In this document: positions 8,185 through 17,044 of the stretch, piece after piece
Position numbering within the stretch: the first letter of the stretch is position 1
Layout of the letters: each line of letters opens with the position of its first letter
Source: Oikeobacillus pervagus
GTDB lineage: Bacteria; Bacillota; Bacilli; Bacillales; DSM-23947
NCBI RefSeq assembly: GCF_030813365.1
Contig: NZ_JAUSUC010000012.1
Coordinates: forward strand, 1 to 32,000
Direction of reading: 5' to 3'
DNA: 32,000 bases
Position numbers and translations under genes: made by a program
Notes under the pieces: model-generated
What the model saw: the letters and a program-made list of their open reading frames with translations, nothing else
Databases searched by the model: none
What the model was told of the DNA's origin: nothing

Positions 8185-9283
8185 TTAGATACGAGAGCGT
8201 AAGTAAGCATTAATAAATTGGTCAATTTCACCATCTGTTACTGCATGGACGTTCCCAGATTCTGTGTTTGTACGATGGTCTTTTACCATGGAATACGGAT
8301 GGAAAACGTAGGAACGAATTTGACTGCCCCAGCCAATTTCTTTTTGTTCCCCACGAATTTCAGCTAACTCTTGCTCTTGTTCTTCAATTCTCTTCTGATA
8401 AAGTTTTGCTTTTAACATACTCATTGCCTGTTCCCGGTTTTTAATCTGAGAACGTTCTGACTGGCATGTCACAACGATATTGGTAGGTAAATGAGTAATA
8501 CGTACAGCAGAGTCAGTTGTATTAACATGCTGCCCACCGGCCCCACTGGAACGGTATGTGTCGATTTTTAAATCTTCTGAGCGAATGTCAATATCAATTT
8601 CGTCATTAAATTCCGGCATCACTTCACAAGAAACGAAAGAGGTATGACGGCGACCTGAAGAATCAAAAGGTGAAATCCTAACAAGACGATGGACCCCTTT
8701 TTCCGCTTTTAAATATCCATAAGCATTATGCCCTTTAATTAGTAGGGTCACACTTTTAATCCCCGCTTCATCTCCTGGTAAATAATCCAATGTTTCAACT
8801 TTAAACCCTTTTTTCTCCGCCCAACGAGTATACATTCGAAGTAAAATAGAGCCCCAGTCTTGCGATTCAGTCCCACCAGCACCAGGATGTAGCTCTAATA
8901 TTGCATTGTTTTTGTCATATGGTTCACTTAAAAGAAGCTGTAATTCATAATCATTCAAACGCTTCATTAATTCTTGTAGTTCTGCATCCAATTCGGCATG
9001 TAGATCTGCATCATCTTCTTCTTTCACTAATTCATGAGTTAATTCAAGATTTTCCTGTGTTTCAAGTAAATCCTTATATTCATTTACAAGATCTTTTAAA
9101 CCATTGGCTTCATTAATGACGGTTTGTGCCGCTTGTTGATCATCCCAAAAACCTGGTTGCAACATCACTTCATCTAATTCAGCAATTCGTGCCTCTTTAT
9201 TCTCTAAGTCAAAGAGACCCCCTAAAGTCCGCTAATTTCTTAGCCGTTTTATCTAGTTCATTTCTAATCTCAAATAATTCCAT
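8185..9283 (-). CDS. prfB: Peptide chain release factor 2, expressed through a programmed +1 ribosomal frameshift
   Basis: Frame 0 runs ATG 9283 [24 protein letters not shown] then TGA (9209-9211). The +1 frame continues [24 protein letters not shown]... into the 327-aa ORF, which carries SPF and GGQ ([12 protein letters not shown]) motifs. AGGAG SD before 9283. Confidence 0.95.
9208..9223 (-). promoter_or_regulatory. RF2 autoregulatory +1 frameshift site
   Basis: Minus strand reads AGG GGG TCT CTT TGA C. This is an internal SD-like AGGGGG three nt upstream of the slippery CUU-UGA-C, the same arrangement as in E. coli and B. subtilis prfB. Confidence 0.93.
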
Positions 9284-9367
9284 GTTTTCACTCCTACTTC
9301 TTTCCACTTGAATGTTTTACCAAAATTATGATCATAAATTGAAGATTTGTGTATTTCTCAAGGGGGG

Positions 9368-9467
9368 TCGCCTATTTCCCTTTAGCTTTTGCATATTTTC
9401 AGGGAAATTTGCATATTCCCCAAGATTTATGCATATTTCCTGAGATTTTTTGCACGTCTCAATAATT
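9368..9467. repeat. Degenerate 20-nt periodic direct repeats in the secA-prfB spacer
   Basis: Units TTTGCATATTTTCAGGGAAA / TTTGCATATTCCCCAAGATT / TATGCATATTTCCTGAGATT / TTTTGCACGTCTCAATAATT. GCATATT occurs at 9391, 9411 and 9431, exactly 20 nt apart. A weaker unit precedes them. Confidence 0.7.
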
Positions 9468-9478
9468 TTCTCGTAAAA

Positions 9479-11992
9479 TTAATTGGTTATTTTTCCACAA
9501 CAATTTTTATATTTTTTCCCGCTTCCACATATGCATGGATCATTTCTACCGACATTCACTTTTTTACGAACAGGTTGTTTTTTTGGTTTTTCACCGTCTT
9601 CTTTCGGGTTCACCGCTTGGCCTTTCGCCACTTCCTGACGTTCTAAATTATTTCGGATTTCTGCTTTCATAATATATTTGGCAACTTCTTCATTAATCGC
9701 CGCCACCATTTCTTCGAATAAGGCAAAGCCCTCATTTTGATATTCGCGTAGTGGATCATTTTGCCCATAAGCACGTAAATGAATTCCTTGACGTAGCTGA
9801 TCCATCGTGTCAATATGATCAATCCATTTTGAATCTACTGCACGAAGAAGAATAACTTTCTCGAACTCGCGCATCTGTTCTTCGCCAAGTTGCTCTTCCT
9901 TTTCATTATATCGCTCTGTTACTTTGGCAAAAATAAGCTCTGATATTTCATCAGGTTCTCTTCTCTCAAAATCATTAACGGAAAGATCCCCTTCAATAAG
10001 TAAGTTCGCATGGCAATAGTCGACGATTCCTTGTAGGTTCCATTTTTCTTCATCTTCACTCAATGAAGCATGAGAAGAAACCACTTGGTCAATGACTGTT
10101 TTGATCATTTGTTCAATGATTTCACGCAAGTTTTCTGATTCTAATACTTCATCTCGTTGTGCGTAAATGATTTCACGTTGTTGTCGTAATACATCATCAT
10201 ATTGAAGCAAACGTTTCCGGGAATCAAAGTTATTTCCTTCCACCCGTTTTTGAGCAGACTCAACGGCGCGTGTGACCATTTTACTTTGGATTGGTTGAGA
10301 ATCATCCATACCAAGTCTTTCCATCATCGATTTCATATTATCTGATCCGAAACGACGCATTAATTCGTCTTCCATCGATAGGTAGAATTGAGTTACCCCT
10401 GGATCCCCTTGACGACCTGAACGTCCACGGAGCTGGTTATCAATTCGGCGAGATTCATGGCGTTCTGTTCCAATTACAGCTAGACCACCAATTTCTTTTA
10501 CTCCTTCGCCAAGTTTAATATCCGTTCCACGACCCGCCATGTTGGTCGCAATCGTGACGGCCCCTTTTTGGCCAGCTTCTGTAATAATATCTGCTTCGCG
10601 ACCATGGTTTTTGGCATTTAATACGTTATGCCGGACCCCTCGTTTTAGTAAAAGCTTCGAGATTAGTTCTGAAGTTTCAATCGCAACTGTCCCAACAAGC
10701 ACAGGTTGTCCTAATTGATGGCGCTGATGGATGTCATTGACGACTGCATTGAACTTTCCTTCCATCGAAGCATAAATTAAATCAGGACGATCATCACGCG
10801 CAATAGGTTTATTCGTAGGGATGACAATAACCCGCATATTATAAATATTACGGAATTCCTCTTCTTCCGTTTTGGCTGTCCCTGTCATTCCTGATAGTTT
10901 CTCATACATCCGGAAATAGTTTTGGAACGTAATCGTAGCCATTGTCATGCTTTCGTTCTGAATTTCTACGCCCTCTTTTGCTTCAATCGCTTGGTGTAAG
11001 CCATCACTATAGCGACGTCCTTTCATTAAACGACCGGTAAACTGGTCAACAATGATAATTTCGCCTTCTTGTACAACATAATCCACATCTCGGTGCATAC
11101 TAACTTGTGCTTTTAATGCTTGACCAATATGATGGTTTAATGTGACATGGGTTAAATCGAATAAGTTTTCGATTCCAAAAGCCTTTTCCGCTTTATTAAT
11201 CCCACTTTCCGTTAGTAATACCGCTTTTGTTTTTTCATCGTACGTATAATCCTCATCTTTTTTCAAAGTACGAGTGAAGGCATTCGCTTGAATATATAGC
11301 TGTGTGGACTTTTGGGCTTGGCCTGAAATGATCAGTGGTGTACGTGCTTCATCAATAAGAATGGAGTCGACCTCATCTATGACTGCGTAGTAAAGTGGAC
11401 GTTGTACTTTATGTTCCTTATACAACACCATATTATCTCGTAAATAATCAAAACCAAATTCATTATTTGTCCCATACGTAATATCAGCCTCATATGCCGC
11501 CTTCTTTTCTTCTTTCGACATACTGTTTAAATTTAACCCGACTGTTAACCCAAGAAATTCATAAAGTTGACCCATTTCAGTTGCGTCACGGGAAGCTAAA
11601 TATTCATTGACTGTAATAACGTGGACACCTTTTCCTGAAAGGGCATTTAAATATACGGGCATGGTAGCTGTTAAAGTTTTCCCTTCCCCTGTCTTCATCT
11701 CGGAGATATTTCCTTCATGAAGGGCAATTCCCCCCATTAATTGCACTCGGAAAGGATACATTCCAAGAACACGGCGAGCTCCTTCACGAACAACAGCGAA
11801 AGCTTCTACTAACAACTTATCCAATGATTCTCCATCTTTATATCGTTGTTTAAAAATTTCCGTTTTTTCACGAAGCTGATCATCTGATAGTTTTTCCATT
11901 TCTGAACTTAGTGCTTCTATTTGATCAGCCTTCTTCTCCAACTGTTTAATTTCACGCTTATTTGGATCAAACAATTTATTTAACAATCCCAT
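9479..11992 (-). CDS. secA: Preprotein translocase ATPase SecA
   Basis: 837 aa with motor motifs MKTGEGKTL and [19 protein letters not shown], and [11 protein letters not shown]. The C-terminal zinc-binding tail is [19 protein letters not shown]. Confidence 0.97.
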   Translation of the reverse strand: MGLLNKLFDPNKREIKQLEKKADQIEALSSEMEKLSDDQLREKTEIFKQRYKDGESLDKLLVEAFAVVREGARRVLGMYPFRVQLMGGIALHEGNISEMKTGEGKTLTATMPVYLNALSGKGVHVITVNEYLASRDATEMGQLYEFLGLTVGLNLNSMSKEEKKAAYEADITYGTNNEFGFDYLRDNMVLYKEHKVQRPLYYAVIDEVDSILIDEARTPLIISGQAQKSTQLYIQANAFTRTLKKDEDYTYDEKTKAVLLTESGINKAEKAFGIENLFDLTHVTLNHHIGQALKAQVSMHRDVDYVVQEGEIIIVDQFTGRLMKGRRYSDGLHQAIEAKEGVEIQNESMTMATITFQNYFRMYEKLSGMTGTAKTEEEEFRNIYNMRVIVIPTNKPIARDDRPDLIYASMEGKFNAVVNDIHQRHQLGQPVLVGTVAIETSELISKLLLKRGVRHNVLNAKNHGREADIITEAGQKGAVTIATNMAGRGTDIKLGEGVKEIGGLAVIGTERHESRRIDNQLRGRSGRQGDPGVTQFYLSMEDELMRRFGSDNMKSMMERLGMDDSQPIQSKMVTRAVESAQKRVEGNNFDSRKRLLQYDDVLRQQREIIYAQRDEVLESENLREIIEQMIKTVIDQVVSSHASLSEDEEKWNLQGIVDYCHANLLIEGDLSVNDFERREPDEISELIFAKVTERYNEKEEQLGEEQMREFEKVILLRAVDSKWIDHIDTMDQLRQGIHLRAYGQNDPLREYQNEGFALFEEMVAAINEEVAKYIMKAEIRNNLERQEVAKGQAVNPKEDGEKPKKQPVRKKVNVGRNDPCICGSGKKYKNCCGKITN

Positions 11993-12273
11993 GAAATTTG
12001 AACGCTCCTTTTTTTACTTACTAAAGCACTTCCTGAATGAGAGCTTTTAATGAGAATTTAAGTTCTAATATAACACGATCAAAAACTCAAATAATTCTGT
12101 TCACTTACGTTATTTTCCTATCCCATATTACCATTATACACGTTTTCGTGACAACTAACGGCCACTAGTGTAAGCTCATTCTTGTAAAAAAACGTCCAAC
12201 TTGATCCCACCAAAACGAATTCCGTCATTCCATCGTAAAAATGGCTTATTTCGCCTATTCCATCCTTTGTATG

Positions 12274-12299
12274 AAAAAAAGGCCCTTCTTAAAAGAGCC
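12274..12299 (-). terminator. Terminator of the SEC-C/HTH gene
   Basis: Minus strand reads GGCTCTT-TTAAG-AAGGGCC followed by TTTTTTT. Confidence 0.7.
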
Positions 12300-12306
12300 G
12301 TTACAA

Positions 12307-13404
12307 TTAAACAGGTTTTGTTTCTAATTCCTTCGATTGTTCCACCTCAGCAGCCTCTTGTCCTGCCTTAAGTTGTCCTTCCAATATTTTTTCCATCTCA
12401 TGTGCTCGTTTTGAAATGCTTTGAGCAGATACTTTGAATCGTTCGGCAAGCTGTGAATAAGGATAGGATGGAGATACAATATCGTAATCCCCCAAAATCG
12501 AATACATAGCTGCCACATAAATTTCTGGTTTCCGAATGGTCGGTTTCTTTTTATGACAATACATATTCCAAAGCAGTATTCCTGTTTCAATTCGCAAATC
12601 TTCCACATTTTCTTCTTTCATAAACTCTCTTAATTTTTCCGCTGTTTCCTTTTGCGATTCAGATTCCCAGGAAAGATCCAGTTCTTCTTTTTCCACTTTT
12701 TCAGTCTGATCCTGCTCGTTGTAGAGGTAAAAAATATCATTTAATAATTGCAAAAAGGAATGCTGATAAAACGGTTGTGGATCCTTAAATTCTGATTGTT
12801 CAAATTGATCCTTCAACCAACTTTTGGCTAAAGCCGTAAGCTGTGAATCATAATGAAAATCAATCATAAACAATGTATGCTCTTTTTCAAAAGGAAGAAG
12901 CGCTCCGAACATTAATACATCTTCTTCTTGATTATGTTCTCTTACAGCAATCGTATATAATTCATTTGTTAAAACATCTCGAAGTCGGAAGCTAGTTTTC
13001 TCACATTTCTCAATAATTCCCCCAACAAATGTTACATTTGGCCACTCAGCGAAAATACGTCTTGTACGTTCACGTGGTACCGAATCCTTTCTCATCTCGA
13101 CAAATTGCTCTAAAATCGTTTGATGATTTCGATCCCGAAAAGAGGTAATATACCACACTTCAAAAGCAACTAAATATGCCCGGGGATCTTTGCGAAGTAT
13201 TTCATAATCATGCATCATGACTTGAAAATGTTGTTTCATTTTGTAAGAATGCTGTTTTAAAGCATACTCTATTAATTCCCGTTGAAGATGCTCTAACTCT
13301 TCTAAAACTAAAAAGTGAATGGGTGCCCCTTCTATTTTCCCACAACATTTTTTATATTTTTTTCCACTACCACATAAACAAGGTTCATTACGGCCAATTG
13401 TCAT
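12307..13404 (-). CDS. SEC-C motif (SecA-tail-like zinc finger) protein with a C-terminal HTH-like segment
   Basis: The N-terminus [23 protein letters not shown] is almost identical to the SecA C-terminal tail. The C-terminal YSQLAERFKVSAQSISKRAHEMEKIL looks like an HTH. ATG 13404 with an AAAGGGG SD is preferred over TTG 13407. Confidence 0.8.
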   Translation of the reverse strand: MTIGRNEPCLCGSGKKYKKCCGKIEGAPIHFLVLEELEHLQRELIEYALKQHSYKMKQHFQVMMHDYEILRKDPRAYLVAFEVWYITSFRDRNHQTILEQFVEMRKDSVPRERTRRIFAEWPNVTFVGGIIEKCEKTSFRLRDVLTNELYTIAVREHNQEEDVLMFGALLPFEKEHTLFMIDFHYDSQLTALAKSWLKDQFEQSEFKDPQPFYQHSFLQLLNDIFYLYNEQDQTEKVEKEELDLSWESESQKETAEKLREFMKEENVEDLRIETGILLWNMYCHKKKPTIRKPEIYVAAMYSILGDYDIVSPSYPYSQLAERFKVSAQSISKRAHEMEKILEGQLKAGQEAAEVEQSKELETKPV

Positions 13405-13477
13405 CAATGAAGCCCCTTTCTATTTCTTTAGTTGATTGAATGACAAGCATAAGGGATAGTTCTTCGCTAGCGATGGT

Positions 13478-13575
13478 AAAAGCGAAAGCGACTGCCCAGG
13501 AGCAGCAAGTAAAGGAGCAGCCTTGACGTGGCATTTTATTGTCACAGCAAAGTTGCACTTTTGACCTCGGGCACC
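13478..13575. repeat. Type-B structured intergenic repeat, copy B2
   Basis: AAAAGCGAAAGCGACTGCC...AGCAGCAAGTAAAGGAGCAGCCTTGACGTGGCATTTTATTGTCACAGCAAAGTTGCACTTTTGACCTCGG aligns with 8028-8125 at roughly 70% identity. It has the same hairpin architecture but lacks the 3' tail. Confidence 0.65.
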
Positions 13576-13808
13576 AAAAAAAATGTAACTGGGCAATATT
13601 GTATGTAAATGAATCCCCTCTCTATTTCACTTTCATGATCGTTTCTAGCGATAGAAACCCATTTAAAAAAACACGATTCTTGTATTATATCAGTCTATTT
13701 TATCTTAACACGCTAAATTTCCCCTTACTACCCATCTTCATCATACAACTTCTGTGAAAACACGACAAAGGCCGCCAAGATTTGGCAGCCTATCATTTAA
13801 GTTTCACT

Positions 13809-14339
13809 TTATCTTATGAAAATAGCCCCATACACAAGCGCTCCACTAATCACATAAACCGGATGGAACTTCCATCTTTCCAACATCAAATAACTAAGAA
13901 TTGCAATGACGATTGTTTGAATCCACCCTACTCCCTCCTCGGATTTCAGTAAAAAGTCAAATGTTAAGACACCGAGTAAGACGGCGATGGTGGGCCGGAC
14001 TAAATACGTCATTTTTTTCACTTTTGGCGACTCTTTATGTTTCATCAAAAGTCCTAACAAAGCGATCATTAATATAAGCGATGGGGCAATCGTCGCAAAG
14101 AGCGCAACGATAGAGCCTAATATTCCCCCTTGCATGTAACCGATGTACCCAGCCATTTTCGTTGATATAGGGCCTGGGAGGGCATTTCCCAGTGCCAAAA
14201 CCTCACTGAACTCTGATGTAGTTAACCAACCATACCGGGTGACTACTTCATGTTCTACTAATGGAATAGACGAAGGGCCCCCGCCATAACCTAAAATACT
14301 AGGGATAAAAAATGCCCAAAAAATATGCCAATACTTCAT
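13809..14339 (-). CDS. Chromate transporter (CHR family) half-size subunit, YwrA-like
   Basis: 176 aa, polytopic, with ILGYGGGPSSIPLVEHEVV and LALGNALPGP motifs. Overlaps its partner gene by 4 nt. Confidence 0.85.
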   Translation of the reverse strand: MKYWHIFWAFFIPSILGYGGGPSSIPLVEHEVVTRYGWLTTSEFSEVLALGNALPGPISTKMAGYIGYMQGGILGSIVALFATIAPSLILMIALLGLLMKHKESPKVKKMTYLVRPTIAVLLGVLTFDFLLKSEEGVGWIQTIVIAILSYLMLERWKFHPVYVISGALVYGAIFIR

Positions 14340-14899
14340 GCAGATTTCTCCTTCTGCTCATTGCTTTTCTCTTTATATAAAAGGGCATACACAAGCAAGC
14401 CGATAATTAAAATAGCCGGATGGAGATGGAAGAACTCTAGCAAGATAATACTAGCTAGTATGAGCCACAATGTTTTTCCCCATCCTAATGTGCCTTTTGA
14501 TTTTTTTACAAATTCCCATGTAAGGACTCCCATCATGACGAATACAACAGGAACAACTGCCTGGGACATTCCGTAAACCCATGGACGGTCTTTATAAGCA
14601 TTGAGAACCGTTAATAATAAAATCATCGCAATGACGGTCGGAACTACAGAAGCAAAGATTGCGATACACATTCCGATATAGCCACTCACTCGATAACCAA
14701 TATATCCTGACATTTTCGTATTAATCGGACCTGGTAGTGCATTGGCTAACGCTAACACATCAGAAAACTCATCATCATTCATCCATTTAAAATTTTCAAC
14801 AACTTCTTTATGAACTAGGGGAATAGACGAAGGTCCTCCACCATATCCAAGTATTCCCGAACGAAAAAAGGCAATAAAAATATTTATATAAGTCCTCAA
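14336..14899 (-). CDS. Chromate transporter (CHR family) half-size subunit, YwrB-like
   Basis: 187 aa, paralogous to the downstream half (GILGYGGGPSSIPLVHKEVV, LALANALPGP). TTG start with a GGTGGTGA SD. Confidence 0.85.
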   Translation of the reverse strand: MRTYINIFIAFFRSGILGYGGGPSSIPLVHKEVVENFKWMNDDEFSDVLALANALPGPINTKMSGYIGYRVSGYIGMCIAIFASVVPTVIAMILLLTVLNAYKDRPWVYGMSQAVVPVVFVMMGVLTWEFVKKSKGTLGWGKTLWLILASIILLEFFHLHPAILIIGLLVYALLYKEKSNEQKEKSA

Positions 14900-14996
14900 G
14901 CCAAAATCACCACCATTATTCTAATAGTACATTTTTCAATATGAGGGGATAGCTGGGAGAAATGGAAATTCCCCCAGCTATGTAAAAACATTATCG

Positions 14997-16610
14997 TTAC
15001 CAAGCGGCAATCGATCCATCTGTTCTCGATTCTGTTCCGCCAAAGAGTACACCTGTTTTAGTGTCTCTCCATATGATTTGCCCTCTACCAAATTTGGCGT
15101 TATCAACATTTATTTGTATATCATGCCCTTTTCTAACTAAAGCTTCCGCAATATGTTTCGGAAAATTCATTTCTACCATAATCTTTTTTCCTTCAATCCA
15201 TTGCCAACGCGGGGCATCAAGAGCTGCTTGGGGATTTAAGTGGAAGTCAATCATATTTGTTATCACTTGGAATTGGCCCTGTGGTTGCATATATTCTCCC
15301 ATAACTCCAAAAGGACCGATTGCTTCACCATTTTTTGTGATGAACCCTGGAATAATGGTGTGATACGTCTTTTTATGTGGAGCTAGGCAATTCGGATGAG
15401 TTGGTTCTAGTGAAAAATCGTATCCACGGTTTTGCAAGGCAATTCCCGTTCCCGGTATGACAATCCCTGATCCAAATCCTTTGTAATTACTTTGAATGAA
15501 AGAGACCATATTTCCCTCATGATCAGCAGTCGCTATATAGACTGTTCCGCCTTTTGGTGGACAATAAGGTTCAGGCATGATAGCAACTTGATTGATTTTT
15601 TTCCGTCGTGTACTTGCAAACTCTTCAGAAAGCAATGTTTCAACTGTAAGTGGCATACAGTTTTCCTCCGCAATAAATGCTTTGCCATCCGTGAAAGCAA
15701 GTTTCATCGATTCAATATGTTTATGATATGTATCCACTGATTCCTTTTCATAAAAATCGAAACCTTTCGCGATATTTAATGCCATTAGAGCAACAAGCCC
15801 TTGTCCATTCGGAGGAATCTCCCATACATCATATCCCCGGTAATGAACCGAGATAGGCTTTACCCATTGGGGATGATAGATGGCTAAATCTTCCTTTGTA
15901 AGGAAACCACCGTATTGCTCTATATATTTACTCATTTTCTCAGCTATTTCCCCACGGTAAAAGCTTTCACCATTCGTCTTTGCAATCGACTGTAGAGTGC
16001 TTGCATGGCATGGGGAACTCCACATTTCACCGATTTCCGGAGCACGACCGTTCGGAGCAAATATATCAAACCATGGCTTGAACTCTTCCGAAATCAAACA
16101 TTCCTTATAACTTACAAATGCTTCATGCCAATTCTTCCCTAATACAGGTGTAATTGGATACCCCTCTTTAGCGTAACGAATGGCTGGCTCCAGTACTTCG
16201 GAAAATGGCAATTTCCCAAATTTCCTCGATAGCTCTGCCCAAGCAGATGGGGCACCTGGAACCGTAATCGGAACCATTCCATGCATCGGCATTTGTTCAT
16301 ATCCCTTTTCCTTCACTGCTTCAACTGAAATGGATGATGGAGACGGTCCACTAGCATTTAACCCGAATAATTCCCCCTTCACCCATACAAGCGCAAAAGC
16401 ATCTCCCCCGATCCCGTTCGATGTGGGTTCAACGACGGTCAATGCTGCGGCAGTTGCAACGGCGGCATCAATTGCATTCCCACCCTTTTTTAACATATCT
16501 AACCCCGCCTGTGCCGCCAAAGGTTGTGAAGTAGCCACCATTCCATTGCGAGCAATCACTGTCTGCCTTTGCGAAGGATAAGGCTGATATAAATAATCAA
16601 AGTTTTTCAT
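14997..16610 (-). CDS. Gamma-glutamyltransferase family protein without a signal peptide (YwrD-like)
   Basis: GGT-family motifs GGNAIDAAVA, GIGGDAFA and a KGGTVYIATAD autoprocessing-Thr region. ATG 16610 (MKNFDYLYQPYPSQ) has a GGGGGAG SD and is preferred over ATG 16640. Confidence 0.88.
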   Translation of the reverse strand: MKNFDYLYQPYPSQRQTVIARNGMVATSQPLAAQAGLDMLKKGGNAIDAAVATAAALTVVEPTSNGIGGDAFALVWVKGELFGLNASGPSPSSISVEAVKEKGYEQMPMHGMVPITVPGAPSAWAELSRKFGKLPFSEVLEPAIRYAKEGYPITPVLGKNWHEAFVSYKECLISEEFKPWFDIFAPNGRAPEIGEMWSSPCHASTLQSIAKTNGESFYRGEIAEKMSKYIEQYGGFLTKEDLAIYHPQWVKPISVHYRGYDVWEIPPNGQGLVALMALNIAKGFDFYEKESVDTYHKHIESMKLAFTDGKAFIAEENCMPLTVETLLSEEFASTRRKKINQVAIMPEPYCPPKGGTVYIATADHEGNMVSFIQSNYKGFGSGIVIPGTGIALQNRGYDFSLEPTHPNCLAPHKKTYHTIIPGFITKNGEAIGPFGVMGEYMQPQGQFQVITNMIDFHLNPQAALDAPRWQWIEGKKIMVEMNFPKHIAEALVRKGHDIQINVDNAKFGRGQIIWRDTKTGVLFGGTESRTDGSIAAW

Positions 16611-16706
16611 CGTTATCTCCCCCTTGTACAAGACATTCATCCCCCGATATTAGCCTTATTATATCGATTATTCCCCCTAGTTAGAAGAGAAAACTGAATA
16701 TTCCCT

Positions 16707-16992
16707 CAAAAGCGGAAGCGCCTTGCACATCGGCGTACGGATTTCGTAGTTTCCGACTGAGATAAAGGAAACACAGCGAGTCGGTTTTCCGAGCTGATGT
16801 TGACTTATCGGAGGGAGAAAACGGAGAAATACGCTAGACGATAGGCGCTGAAGCTGGATGAACAAAAGCGGAAGCGCCTTGTCCATCGGCGTACGGATTT
16901 CGCAGGTTTCGACTGAGATAAAGGAAACACAGCGAGACGGTTTTCCGAGCTGATGTTGACTTATCGGAGGGAGAAAACGGAGAAATACGCTA
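16707..16992. repeat. Two tandem type-A structured repeats (A2 16707-16862, A3 16863-16992; period 156 nt)
   Basis: The two units are about 95% identical over about 130 nt (CAAAAGCGGAAGCGCCTTG..CATCGGCGTACGGATTTCG...GACTGAGATAAAGGAAACACAGCGAG..GGTTTTCCGAGCTGATGTTGACTTATCGGAGGGAGAAAACGGAGAAATACGCTA). A2 additionally carries a 3' tail GGCGCTGAAGCTGGATG that is inverted-complementary to the AAGCGGAAGCGCC head. Confidence 0.9.
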
Positions 16993-16999
16993 TAGATGT

Positions 17000-17032
17000 A
17001 AAAAAAAGCAAACCTTATCCTCTAAGGCTCGC
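17000..17032 (-). terminator. Terminator of the HesB-like gene
   Basis: Minus strand reads GCGAGCCTTA-GAGGA-TAAGGTTTGC followed by T8. Confidence 0.75.
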
Positions 17033-17044
17033 CCTATGTTGTTC

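Noticed and set aside
9389-9646. 85-aa plus-strand ORF spanning the secA-prfB spacer
   Set aside because: It is generated by the 20-nt repeats and by the antisense of the secA 3' end. It is Phe/Ile-rich and has no SD.
13539-13757. 72-aa plus-strand ORF
   Set aside because: It starts inside repeat B2 and runs through AT-rich intergenic DNA. No SD or homology features are present.
16180-16581. 133-aa plus-strand ORF, and similar antisense or nested track ORFs (940-1248, 1387-1602, 2092-2340, 4280-4837, 6093-6356, 10291-10518, 12324-12608, 15061-15740, 20182-20397, 21511-22497, 24660-24869, 25324-25563, 27456-27707, 30320-30514, 31382-31564)
   Set aside because: All are embedded in, or antisense to, long ORFs with clear family motifs. 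They have low-complexity or odd composition and no ribosome-binding sites.
16677-16886. 69-aa minus-strand ORF
   Set aside because: It lies entirely inside the tandem type-A repeats. Its sequence simply reflects the repeat (KALPLL appears twice) and no SD is present.
16707-16992. CRISPR array interpretation of the tandem repeats (and of the array at 9368-9467)
   Set aside because: The repeat units are 156 nt and 20 nt with no unique spacers of regular length, and no cas genes lie nearby.
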